IMG/VR virus record: IMGVR_UViG_3300037485_001022
Span: 1 to 53,120 of that record
DNA length: 53,120 nt
DNA from: a virus
Lineage: Duplodnaviria; Caudoviricetes
Strand: one strand, 5' to 3'
Under the pieces are notes generated by a model that was given only the letters and a program-made list of their open reading frames with translations, made no database searches and was not told the origin of the DNA. The position numbers and the translations under genes are program-made. Shown piece by piece: positions 38,861 through 47,190 of this stretch; positions within the stretch are counted from its first letter, which is position 1, and every line of letters begins with the position of its first letter.

Positions 38861-38888
38861 ACATAACAACTAAAACATAACAACTAAA
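38861..38888 (+). repeat. 14-bp tandem repeat (ACATAACAACTAAA x2) in G-free ssb leader
   Basis: Directly visible. Confidence 0.9.
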
Positions 38889-38907
38889 CACTAAAGGCTA
38901 AACTATT

Positions 38908-39789
38908 ATGACTATCATGGAAAGAATGCGTGCATCAGCTAAGACACAGATGGAAGGTGGCGGTGGCAATCAGTTTAACAAGGCGTGGAAAGCTAAGAAG
39001 GGAACACCGAATCTAAAGATTGTACTGACACCACCTGACGGGCAGCGTACAAATATCCGCATTGTGCCGTATGTTGTAACGAATCCCCGTAATAATCCCG
39101 ATTGTGAAGAGATTGGTTCACAGTGGTACAAGCGGCGTTATTGGGCGCACCGTATCGGCCCTACTGGTCAGGAAGTCCGTGTTCCTTGTCTTATGCGTAA
39201 CTTTGGTAAGCCTTGCCCTGCTTGTAGCCTTGTCGCTAAACTGAAAGCGGAAGGTGTTGACAAGAAGGTTTATGAGAACCTCTGGGCTAGGGAGCGTGAG
39301 TTGTTTAATGTTTACGACCACAATGACAAGACACTCAAACTGATGGATGTCAGTACGCATCTGTTTGGTAAGAAGTTGCTCCAAGAGGCTAACGATCCAG
39401 AAAACATTAAGGAAGGGTCTGAGAACTTCGTCAACCCGTGTGCTGGTGGTGTGATGCTATCATGCCGGTTTGATGCAGGTACGTTTGCCAAGAGCGTGCA
39501 GCTTGGTTCAGTGAAGTTTGTTAAGGCTAATGCTATTCCTAAAGAAATTATGGATAAGGCGGAAGACCTTGACGCTATCCTTATTGAACTTAGTGCGGAA
39601 GAGATTGAGCGCATTATGGATGGGGCTATCACCACAAAGGCAGAGGATACAGTGTCACCTGACTTTGATGCACCACCTGTAACTGCAACGACACCTCCTG
39701 CTAAGACGGCAGTTGTGCCAAAGGCAACACCATCCGTTGAACCAGAGGGTGCAGTTGCAAATGCCCATGCTGATGACCTAGACTTCTAA
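38908..39789 (+). CDS. gp32-like single-stranded DNA-binding protein
   Basis: RIVP, H..C..CPAC zinc ligands, low-complexity linker, acidic tail DDLDF. Confidence 0.8.
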   Translation: MTIMERMRASAKTQMEGGGGNQFNKAWKAKKGTPNLKIVLTPPDGQRTNIRIVPYVVTNPRNNPDCEEIGSQWYKRRYWAHRIGPTGQEVRVPCLMRNFGKPCPACSLVAKLKAEGVDKKVYENLWARERELFNVYDHNDKTLKLMDVSTHLFGKKLLQEANDPENIKEGSENFVNPCAGGVMLSCRFDAGTFAKSVQLGSVKFVKANAIPKEIMDKAEDLDAILIELSAEEIERIMDGAITTKAEDTVSPDFDAPPVTATTPPAKTAVVPKATPSVEPEGAVANAHADDLDF

Positions 39790-39796
39790 CATCTCC

Positions 39797-39846
39797 GGTG
39801 CAACCGTATGGTTCCTCCCCCACCTCCTTCCCCATACGGTTGCACC
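39797..39846. other. perfect 15-bp hairpin with C-rich anti-Shine-Dalgarno loop
   Basis: GGTGCAACCGTATGG / CCATACGGTTGCACC; loop TTCCTCCCCCACCTCCTTCC. Confidence 0.85.
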
Positions 39847-40095
39847 CTCTTACTCTTGAAAGATTTTAATGACTAAAAACACTAAGACTGGTTGGGTTTC
39901 AGGTTGGCATCGTCTAAGTTCTACGAATAAGCGTGTACGTTGTATTAAGTTTTATGGTGCGGATAAGCAGTTAGAAATTGCTATCTACCGTAATACCGAT
40001 ATGGATGTTACCGTATGCGTCTATCATGGGCAGACATTGTTTAGCCTTAATATGTCGGTAGACGATATGTTTAACCTTGTATGCGTAGGGAGTTA

Positions 40096-41292
40096 ATGAG
40101 TACACTTAATACACAAGTAACAGCCGCTTATATGAAGTGTGGTAGTATCCGCAAGGTTGCTAAGCAGTTTGGTCTTAGTCGGTTTGCGGTAGACCGTATT
40201 GTTAGTTGCCGTGACACCTTTGTGGATATTCCTGTAACGGGTAAGACAACACCTGTAACGACTTCACCTATTATTCCTGTCACTGGTAACTACCGTAGGC
40301 AGTACGAAGCGGAAAAGGAACTGCGAACTGGTATTCAGGCAGCGTTTGAAGAGTACAAGGCTAACCATGAGTTCATTTCAGTACTTGAAACCCAGTTTAC
40401 TGCCCCTTCTATTATTGAACCAACAACTGCACACTCCAAGTCTGAATCACTGGCTGCAATGTTCTATGCAGACTGGCACGCATACGAGCAGGTACGTCCG
40501 CAGGAAGTCAATGGTCTCAATGCCTACAATCCTGTTATTTGCCGTGACAGTATAGAAACTGCTACTAAGGCATTTGTTAAGTTGACTAATGAGAGGCGCA
40601 CACTTACTACAATTAATGTAGCAATGGTGAACTTCTTAGGCGACCTAATGAGTGGGCATCTATGGCCTGATCAGATTGAAGGTAATGCAGGTTCCCCCCT
40701 AGAAGAAGCCTTGTTTGTTACTGACTTGATTATCTCTAGTCTTGACTACATTCTGAAATACGGTGAGTTTAGTAAGGTTTATGTCAATTCAGTAGACGGT
40801 AATCATAGCCGTATTACAGGTAAAGAAAAGCGGAAATCTAACCGTGCTAAGCATAGTCTTGAATGGCTGATTTTCAAGTATGTAGAACGGTACTATAAAC
40901 ACCTTGGGGAAACACGGCTAGTCTTTAACATCTCCGAAAGTATCCATAGCTACATTGACCTTGCGTTTGGCATGGATAAGAGGCATCCTAATGGCCTTAC
41001 ATGGCGGTTGACGCATGGTGATGAAGGTATCAGGTACAAAGGCGGTGTAGGGGGTATTGCGGTTCCTGCTAATCGGCAAATCAAAATCTGGAATGAAGCT
41101 AGACATGCCGATATGACCGCGTTTGGGCACTTGCATACATCCGAGTACCTAAAGCGTTATCTGGCAGTTGGTTCTACACTAGGTATGAGTCCTAACGGGC
41201 TTAACCATGAGTTTGAACCACCACAACAGGCAATGCTTACGGTTGAGAAAACTAAGGGCATTACAGCGTATTACCCTATCTTTGTGCGATAA
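40096..41292 (+). CDS. calcineurin-like metallophosphoesterase with N-terminal HTH-like segment
   Basis: ADWH, GDL, GNH, THG, GHLH; N-terminal GSIRKVAKQFGLSR. Confidence 0.82.
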   Translation: MSTLNTQVTAAYMKCGSIRKVAKQFGLSRFAVDRIVSCRDTFVDIPVTGKTTPVTTSPIIPVTGNYRRQYEAEKELRTGIQAAFEEYKANHEFISVLETQFTAPSIIEPTTAHSKSESLAAMFYADWHAYEQVRPQEVNGLNAYNPVICRDSIETATKAFVKLTNERRTLTTINVAMVNFLGDLMSGHLWPDQIEGNAGSPLEEALFVTDLIISSLDYILKYGEFSKVYVNSVDGNHSRITGKEKRKSNRAKHSLEWLIFKYVERYYKHLGETRLVFNISESIHSYIDLAFGMDKRHPNGLTWRLTHGDEGIRYKGGVGGIAVPANRQIKIWNEARHADMTAFGHLHTSEYLKRYLAVGSTLGMSPNGLNHEFEPPQQAMLTVEKTKGITAYYPIFVR

Positions 41293-41309
41293 TAGTGAGG
41301 GGATAGATT

Positions 41310-41370
41310 GGGGCTGGTATTCCCTTTGCTGATACAGGTTGCCTAGCTGTTCTAAGGTAGGCGCAGCCCC
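41310..41370 (+). ncRNA. candidate small three-way-junction RNA
   Basis: GGGGCTG/CAGCCCC closing stem with two internal hairpins. Confidence 0.4.
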
Positions 41371-41379
41371 TTTTATTAT

Positions 41380-41452
41380 TGCGGGATATTGTAATGGCAG
41401 CATGACTGGCTTATAACCAGAGTCAGTGAAGGTTCAATTCCTTCCCCCCGCA
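41380..41452 (+). tRNA. atypical or degenerate tRNA with TAT anticodon (Ile-UAU)
   Basis: TGCGGG/CCCGCA acceptor, CTGG-CTTATAA-CCAG anticodon arm, GAAGG-TTCAATT-CCTTC T arm; imperfect acceptor base and no CCA. Confidence 0.62.
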
Positions 41453-41501
41453 TAATCCATGTTTCGGTTAAGATTAGTAATGATAACATGTAGGAGATAG
41501 T

Positions 41502-41825
41502 ATGAGACAAGTAAGAATGTCGGTGTTTGAAACCAATAGCAGTTCTACACATAGTTTGACTATTGTAACCGCAGAAGAGTACGCTAAGTTTAAGGCAGGT
41601 ACGTTAGCATACAATCGGGGTAGTAAAGAACTTGTAGAACTTACTAAACCTGCTACTGTAGTTGAGGATGCGGATGCGGATGACGATGATGATGACGATG
41701 ATGAAGTCCAATCGTATAAACAGTATAATAACGGGGATGATTGCCTAGAAACCTTTGAACAGTCATTCACTACACCTTCCGGTGATAAGATGGTCGCATT
41801 TGGCAAGTACGGAAACGATTGGTAA
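41502..41825 (+). CDS. FETNSSSTHS-motif phage protein, acidic
   Basis: MRQVRMSVFETNSSSTHS N-terminus, poly-Asp tract, C-terminal VAFGKYG. Confidence 0.8.
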   Translation: MRQVRMSVFETNSSSTHSLTIVTAEEYAKFKAGTLAYNRGSKELVELTKPATVVEDADADDDDDDDDEVQSYKQYNNGDDCLETFEQSFTTPSGDKMVAFGKYGNDW

Positions 41826-41830
41826 TAATT

Positions 41831-42715
41831 ATGAAACTACTTAGTTCCTATCAGAATGGAAATTACACAGTCTCTATCTATGATGATGGGACTAAGGTAC
41901 GTGAGGGGGATGTGGAGGTGTTCAAACCCGCATTCCCTGAATGTATAGACATGAAGATTACAAACTACTGTGATCTTGGGTGTCCGTACTGCCATGAGGA
42001 CTCTACCATTAAAGGTAAACATGCGGTACTAGATACTGATGTTGTTACGTTCTTGAATAGTCTTGCTCCTTATACCGAGTTGGCTATTGGGGGTGGTAAT
42101 CCTTTATCACACCCTGATTTACGCGACCTACTTGAACTGTGTAAGTCACGTAGCATTATCTGTAATCTAACCGTAAACCAACATCACTTTGAATTGTATC
42201 GTCTATATCTACATGACCTTACTCATCAGAAGTTGATTTACGGACTAGGCATATCTGTTACCGTCCCAACAGATGCGTTTCTTGCGAAAATTAAGCATTT
42301 CCCTAATGCAGTTATTCACACGATTGCCGGTATCACGCCTACTATTGACTATGAACGTCTGATGGGGCATGGCCTTAAAGTATTGGTGCTAGGGTATAAG
42401 CAATTCCGGCGTGGAGAGGTTTACTATACTGACCACAGTATTGATGCAAACATTGGCATCCTAAAGCAAGAACTGATGACACTTGCTAAGGGGTTCCGTG
42501 TTATTAGCTTTGATAACCTAGCCCTAAAGCAACTAGACGTACAGGGTATGCTACCTAAAGCAGTATGGAATGAGTTTTACATGGGTGATGATGGCGGGTT
42601 TACCATGTATATTGACTTGGTAGAACGTAAGTTTGCACGTAACTCAACTTCTACTACACGCCATGAGTTGTTATCCGACATCCGCGATATGTTTGCAGTA
42701 GTTAATAAGGAATAA
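41831..42715 (+). CDS. radical SAM enzyme
   Basis: CDLGCPYC (CxxxCxxC), GGGNPL, YMGDDG. Confidence 0.92.
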   Translation: MKLLSSYQNGNYTVSIYDDGTKVREGDVEVFKPAFPECIDMKITNYCDLGCPYCHEDSTIKGKHAVLDTDVVTFLNSLAPYTELAIGGGNPLSHPDLRDLLELCKSRSIICNLTVNQHHFELYRLYLHDLTHQKLIYGLGISVTVPTDAFLAKIKHFPNAVIHTIAGITPTIDYERLMGHGLKVLVLGYKQFRRGEVYYTDHSIDANIGILKQELMTLAKGFRVISFDNLALKQLDVQGMLPKAVWNEFYMGDDGGFTMYIDLVERKFARNSTSTTRHELLSDIRDMFAVVNKE

Positions 42716-42716
42716 T

Positions 42717-43727
42717 ATGGATTTGATACCTTCTGGCATTACATTAATTAATCTAGCATGTACTGGCAATCCTGATGGGTTTGTGGAAGAGGGTATGCTT
42801 ACCCGTGTTGTAGGCGATTCTGATACGGGTAAGTCGTTTCTAGGGCGTACCATACTGGCAGAGTGCTTCTATAAGTATGGTGATGCTAAGTTCTACATCC
42901 ATGACGATATTGAACACGGTATCTTCTATGATGACGTTAAGATGTTTGGTAAAGAGTTTGCTGAGAAGGCACTAGAACCACCATTTGACTATTCTAATGG
43001 CAAGTCTACTGAACAGTTCTTCCGGCATTTCAATAACTGTGTGGTTAAATCACGGAAAGAAAAGCGTCCGTTTATCTATGTAGTAGACAGCTTTACTGGA
43101 CTACGGCCTGAAAGTGATCTTGCTTTCATTAAGTCTATCGTAGATGATAAAGATAAGAAGTCTATGGGTATGGCGTCTGCTAAGGCAAGCAGTTTGCTTA
43201 TGCAGTCTATTGTAGACGGATTGGCTGAGACTAATAGTAACCTGTTCCTTATTCAGCAGACACGGGATAACATTGATCCTATGTCGTTTGAGAAGAAAAC
43301 TGTATCTGGTGGTTCTGCAGTACGGTTCCAGAGTTCGCTTGAGGTATGGTTATCGTCTGGTGGTCAAATCAAGGTAGATAAAGACCTGCATCCGGTAGGT
43401 GTACAGGTTAAGTTCCTGCAACGGCGTTCACGGTTGGTAGGTGCGCGGTGTACTGTTACGTTCCCAATCAACTATATCTATGGCATTGACAACACACAGG
43501 CTAATATTGACTTCCTGCTAGAACAAGGTGTGATTAAGACGGAAGGGCATAGTCTAGTTTATGAGCCTTGGGGCATTAAGGTTGCTACCCGTAAGTTTGC
43601 TGCTGAAATTGAAAAGCAAGGTAAGCAGAAAGACCTTGCACAATTAGTTGCTACTACATGGGGCGAAATTGAAACATCTATTGTAGACAAGGTTTTACAG
43701 GGTCGGAGTCCTAAGTACGGGGGTTGA
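42717..43727 (+). CDS. recA: RecA/UvsX-family recombinase
   Basis: Walker A GDSDTGKS, VVDS, QTR, SGGSAVRF. Confidence 0.85.
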   Translation: MDLIPSGITLINLACTGNPDGFVEEGMLTRVVGDSDTGKSFLGRTILAECFYKYGDAKFYIHDDIEHGIFYDDVKMFGKEFAEKALEPPFDYSNGKSTEQFFRHFNNCVVKSRKEKRPFIYVVDSFTGLRPESDLAFIKSIVDDKDKKSMGMASAKASSLLMQSIVDGLAETNSNLFLIQQTRDNIDPMSFEKKTVSGGSAVRFQSSLEVWLSSGGQIKVDKDLHPVGVQVKFLQRRSRLVGARCTVTFPINYIYGIDNTQANIDFLLEQGVIKTEGHSLVYEPWGIKVATRKFAAEIEKQGKQKDLAQLVATTWGEIETSIVDKVLQGRSPKYGG

Positions 43728-43887
43728 TATGTTTCGTCTTTTGTTATGGCCGATTATGGCTCTGCTAGAACTTGTACTCTATGTACTTGCTTGTATTTTC
43801 ATCTTTATTTCACCAAGTATAACGGAGTTCATTATTAACCTAGCAGCTAAACTTCCTGATCCTACATGGTATAGTAGAAAGTAACTC

Positions 43888-44250
43888 ATGCTAGATATAG
43901 AACTACCAGAGGAAGAAGAAACTGAAACTGTACTAGATCGCGGACGGCAAGGTATAGCATTTGACTATATTGGTGCCGTCCCGCTTATTGAGTATGATGC
44001 TTGTAGACAAGGTATAGCAGAAATGAAGCAAAGGTTTCTGCGTAAGGGTGTATGTCCACATGACACTAAACCTTGTAAACATGCTAATAATTGTGCGTTA
44101 CTGAAAGCGGAAACCTGTTTTAACTTTAAGGCATTGCGTAAACGGTCTAATTCTAACATGCTATGTGAGTTTTGTCTTAAATTGCCTGTAGACGTTAAGT
44201 GTGCTGACTGCCCTAACTTCCGGTGTATGGTAGCTTATAAAGGACGCTAA
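43888..44250 (+). CDS. Cys-rich hypothetical protein
   Basis: Multiple Cys including CEFC and CADC; TAATG overlap. Confidence 0.65.
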   Translation: MLDIELPEEEETETVLDRGRQGIAFDYIGAVPLIEYDACRQGIAEMKQRFLRKGVCPHDTKPCKHANNCALLKAETCFNFKALRKRSNSNMLCEFCLKLPVDVKCADCPNFRCMVAYKGR

Positions 44251-45011
44251 TGACCCCGACTTGGCAAAGTGAAGATGGCAATATCAAACTATATAACTGT
44301 AGTTGCTTTGACTATGGTAAGTTTGATTGTGACGTAGTAATAAGCGACCCACCATTCAGTAGCCGTACTCATGATGGGCATGATGAAGGTGCTAGACCGG
44401 GTTATGATGAAACATACCGTAACGTACTAAGTTATACTGCATGGGGTAAACCGGAAGTCAATGCCCTATGTAAACTGCTGCCGCCTAAAGGTTGGGTATG
44501 TATCCTAACCGATCATACATTGGCTAGAGAGTGGGAAGCAGAATTACAAGCAATCAAACGGTATGTATTTGCACCTTTACCCTGTGTTATGAAGGGGCGT
44601 TCAGTAAGGCTATGTGGTGATGGCCCTAGTAGTTGGACAGACTGGCTAATAGTAAGCCGGACGGCTAAAGAACATAAATGGGGTACACTACCGGGCAGTT
44701 ATGAAGGTAAACCATCCGAAATAGTACATGGTGGTGGTAAGCCTGTTGGGATGATGTGCAATATAGTTACTGATTATAGTAACGAAGGCGATATCGTTTT
44801 AGACTTCTGCATGGGCGGCGGCACCACAGGGATTGCCTGCCTAGCCAATAACCGTAAGTTCATAGGCATTGAGCAGGATTCTGTTACATTTGAAAAAGCT
44901 AAGAAACGTATAATTACTGAACTATCACAACAAAGGTTGCCTATCTATGTTTCAAACAATCGTAATAGACCCACCGTGGAAAGTCAAAGCGGGGCCAGCC
45001 TCTTTACATAA
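44250..45011 (+). CDS. beta-class N6/N4 DNA methyltransferase
   Basis: SDPPF, HGGGKP, DFCMGGGTTG, FIGIE. Confidence 0.85.
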   Translation: MTPTWQSEDGNIKLYNCSCFDYGKFDCDVVISDPPFSSRTHDGHDEGARPGYDETYRNVLSYTAWGKPEVNALCKLLPPKGWVCILTDHTLAREWEAELQAIKRYVFAPLPCVMKGRSVRLCGDGPSSWTDWLIVSRTAKEHKWGTLPGSYEGKPSEIVHGGGKPVGMMCNIVTDYSNEGDIVLDFCMGGGTTGIACLANNRKFIGIEQDSVTFEKAKKRIITELSQQRLPIYVSNNRNRPTVESQSGASLFT

Positions 45012-45489
45012 ACCTAATCAACCGTCCCGTGATTTAGTATATCCTACAATGTCGCTAGACGAGATTAGCAAGTTACAGTTACCTTCTGCGGATAACAGCC
45101 ACATTTACCTATGGACTATTAACAAGTACCTAGAGGATAGTTTCGGTATCATGCGCGGTTGGGGATTTACACCATCTACTACCTTAGTATGGGCAAAGAG
45201 TCCTATTGGTAGGGGTTTAGGTGGGGCATACGGTATATGTACAGAATACCTAATCTTTGGACGTAAGGGCACACTAAAGGCTAAGACAAGATCATTTAGG
45301 AATTGGTGGAATATTCCTCGTAAGGGTGGGCACTCTGTTAAGCCTGAATTTTTCTATGACTTGGTAGAAAGTATTAGTCCTCCTGCCTATTTGGAAGTAT
45401 TTGCACGTAAAGGCAGACTAGGGTGGACAAGCGTAGGAAATGAGTTGACAGGTAATGACATCAACACTGATTTAGCAAAGTTGAGGTAA
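44947..45489 (+). CDS. MT-A70-family adenine methyltransferase
   Basis: IDPPW, YPTM, YLW, HSVKP, LEVFAR, GNE. Confidence 0.9.
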   Translation: MFQTIVIDPPWKVKAGPASLHKPNQPSRDLVYPTMSLDEISKLQLPSADNSHIYLWTINKYLEDSFGIMRGWGFTPSTTLVWAKSPIGRGLGGAYGICTEYLIFGRKGTLKAKTRSFRNWWNIPRKGGHSVKPEFFYDLVESISPPAYLEVFARKGRLGWTSVGNELTGNDINTDLAKLR

Positions 45490-45491
45490 AT

Positions 45492-46085
45492 ATGAGAATA
45501 GTATGTATGGGTACACACTGTACCGGCAAAAGCACTTTCATTAAAGATTTTATTGCTAAGCACCCATCCTATACCACACCGTCTAAAACTTACAGGGACA
45601 TGGTGAAGGAAAAGGGATTAAAAATCAACCAAGATGGAACGATCAACAACCAGTTAGAGATTTTCAACTTTGTAAAGCAGCAGCAACTAAAACTAACTGA
45701 ACCTAATGTAATCATGGATCGGTGCGTATTTGATGCAATGGTTTACACTAAAGCCTTGCTAGTCAAGAACATGGCTACCAATACGCCGATGGAACTTGCA
45801 CTATTTAAGTCCATGCGGGAGCAAGCATACGAGTTACTAAGTCACTTTGACCTAATCTTTCACTTCCCGCTTAAAGGTAACGAGCATATCGCTATTGAGA
45901 AGGATGGGTTACGTGATACCGATAAGCAGTATCAAAGTGACGTTGATTACCACTTTTGGGTAGAGACTGGTAACTGGTTAGGGCAAGCAAGGACAAGACT
46001 TACTAACTTCTACTGGATTACAGGTACACGAGACGAACGGCTTAACTACATAGAACCACTACGGAATTATGATAGCATCTCTTAA
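45492..46085 (+). CDS. P-loop nucleotide kinase (AAA_28/dNMP kinase-like)
   Basis: GTHCTGKST, MDR, EKDGLR. Confidence 0.75.
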   Translation: MRIVCMGTHCTGKSTFIKDFIAKHPSYTTPSKTYRDMVKEKGLKINQDGTINNQLEIFNFVKQQQLKLTEPNVIMDRCVFDAMVYTKALLVKNMATNTPMELALFKSMREQAYELLSHFDLIFHFPLKGNEHIAIEKDGLRDTDKQYQSDVDYHFWVETGNWLGQARTRLTNFYWITGTRDERLNYIEPLRNYDSIS

Positions 46086-47190
46086 ATTATCTAACTTTCA
46101 GTCCCATGCTGATACTACTTTAGCCTTCCATCCATGTGTGAACGCTATTATTGGCAAGACTGACTCTGGTAAGTCCAGTATCATTAGGGCACTACGGCTA
46201 GTCATTGAAAACAAACCCAGTGGTACTGAATTTATTAAGCAGGGCACAAGTCAGACTGAGGTTACAGTGCAGTTTGATGACTGTACTGTAAGTAGAGCAA
46301 AAGGCACTAAGAACAACTATAAACTTAATGGTGAAGTACTTAAAGCCTTTGGACAGTCTGTACCTGATGAGGTTAAGGATGCTGTACGCATAGATGCAGA
46401 ATTAAGTATACAGAAACAAGCAAGTCCATATTTCCTACTAGGTATTAGTGAATCCGAACGGTCTAAACTAATCAATAGTTTGTGCAATATGGCGTTATCG
46501 TCGGAGTCGGTCGCAACCGCCCGTAGAAACGCATTAAGGGCTACCCGTGACGCGGACACACTACGGGAGCAATTAACGCCGCTACGGGCGCGGCAAGTGG
46601 CTTTAAACGCATTCCGGCAAAATGAATCCCTTGTGCTTGCCATTGATACGCTAGAAACAAGTTTAAGCACACTAAAAGCTAGATACGAAAGACTGGTTAC
46701 TTATGCTACAACATATAATAAACTCAATAGTGCGTTGGTATCGGTGGCGTCGTTTGATTCGAGAAGTACGGTATGCACTACATATATACAAGACGCAGTT
46801 ACACGGTTGTCAGGTAGTCAAAGTAACCTTACACAACTAACTGGTATAGCAGGTAAACTAAAGAAGGGTATACCAAATGTACTCCATTATGATGATTTTG
46901 ATTATACTGGTATTGTTCTGGGGTATGAACGGACCAGACAACTTGAAGCCTGCTTAATTAAGTTGAACAAACCTGTACCTAAGTCTATAACTATAGATAC
47001 AAGTATAGTGGATAAGTTACAGGAACTGGTAGTAAGGCATAGTGCTTTAACTGCTAAGTGTACTGAACTTGCTACTACTGCTGAACGTATTGCTAAGGGG
47101 CAAGCACTACTAAGTACGGAACTCACTATACTTACTCAATGGAAAGTATGTCCGCTTTGTGGGAATGATATGGGGAAAGTATGCGAATAG
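46069..47190 (+). CDS. SbcC/Rad50 N-terminal half (Walker A, coiled coil, zinc hook)
   Basis: NFQSH, GKTDSGKS, Q-loop, C-terminal CPLCG; no Walker B. Confidence 0.85.
   Translation: MIASLKLSNFQSHADTTLAFHPCVNAIIGKTDSGKSSIIRALRLVIENKPSGTEFIKQGTSQTEVTVQFDDCTVSRAKGTKNNYKLNGEVLKAFGQSVPDEVKDAVRIDAELSIQKQASPYFLLGISESERSKLINSLCNMALSSESVATARRNALRATRDADTLREQLTPLRARQVALNAFRQNESLVLAIDTLETSLSTLKARYERLVTYATTYNKLNSALVSVASFDSRSTVCTTYIQDAVTRLSGSQSNLTQLTGIAGKLKKGIPNVLHYDDFDYTGIVLGYERTRQLEACLIKLNKPVPKSITIDTSIVDKLQELVVRHSALTAKCTELATTAERIAKGQALLSTELTILTQWKVCPLCGNDMGKVCE

Noticed and set aside
39797-39846. Ordinary intrinsic terminator
   Set aside because: 20-nt loop and no U-tract; kept as a finding instead
41290-41298. 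Three consecutive in-frame stops TAA TAG TGA
   Set aside because: A single occurrence; may be chance and supports no mechanism
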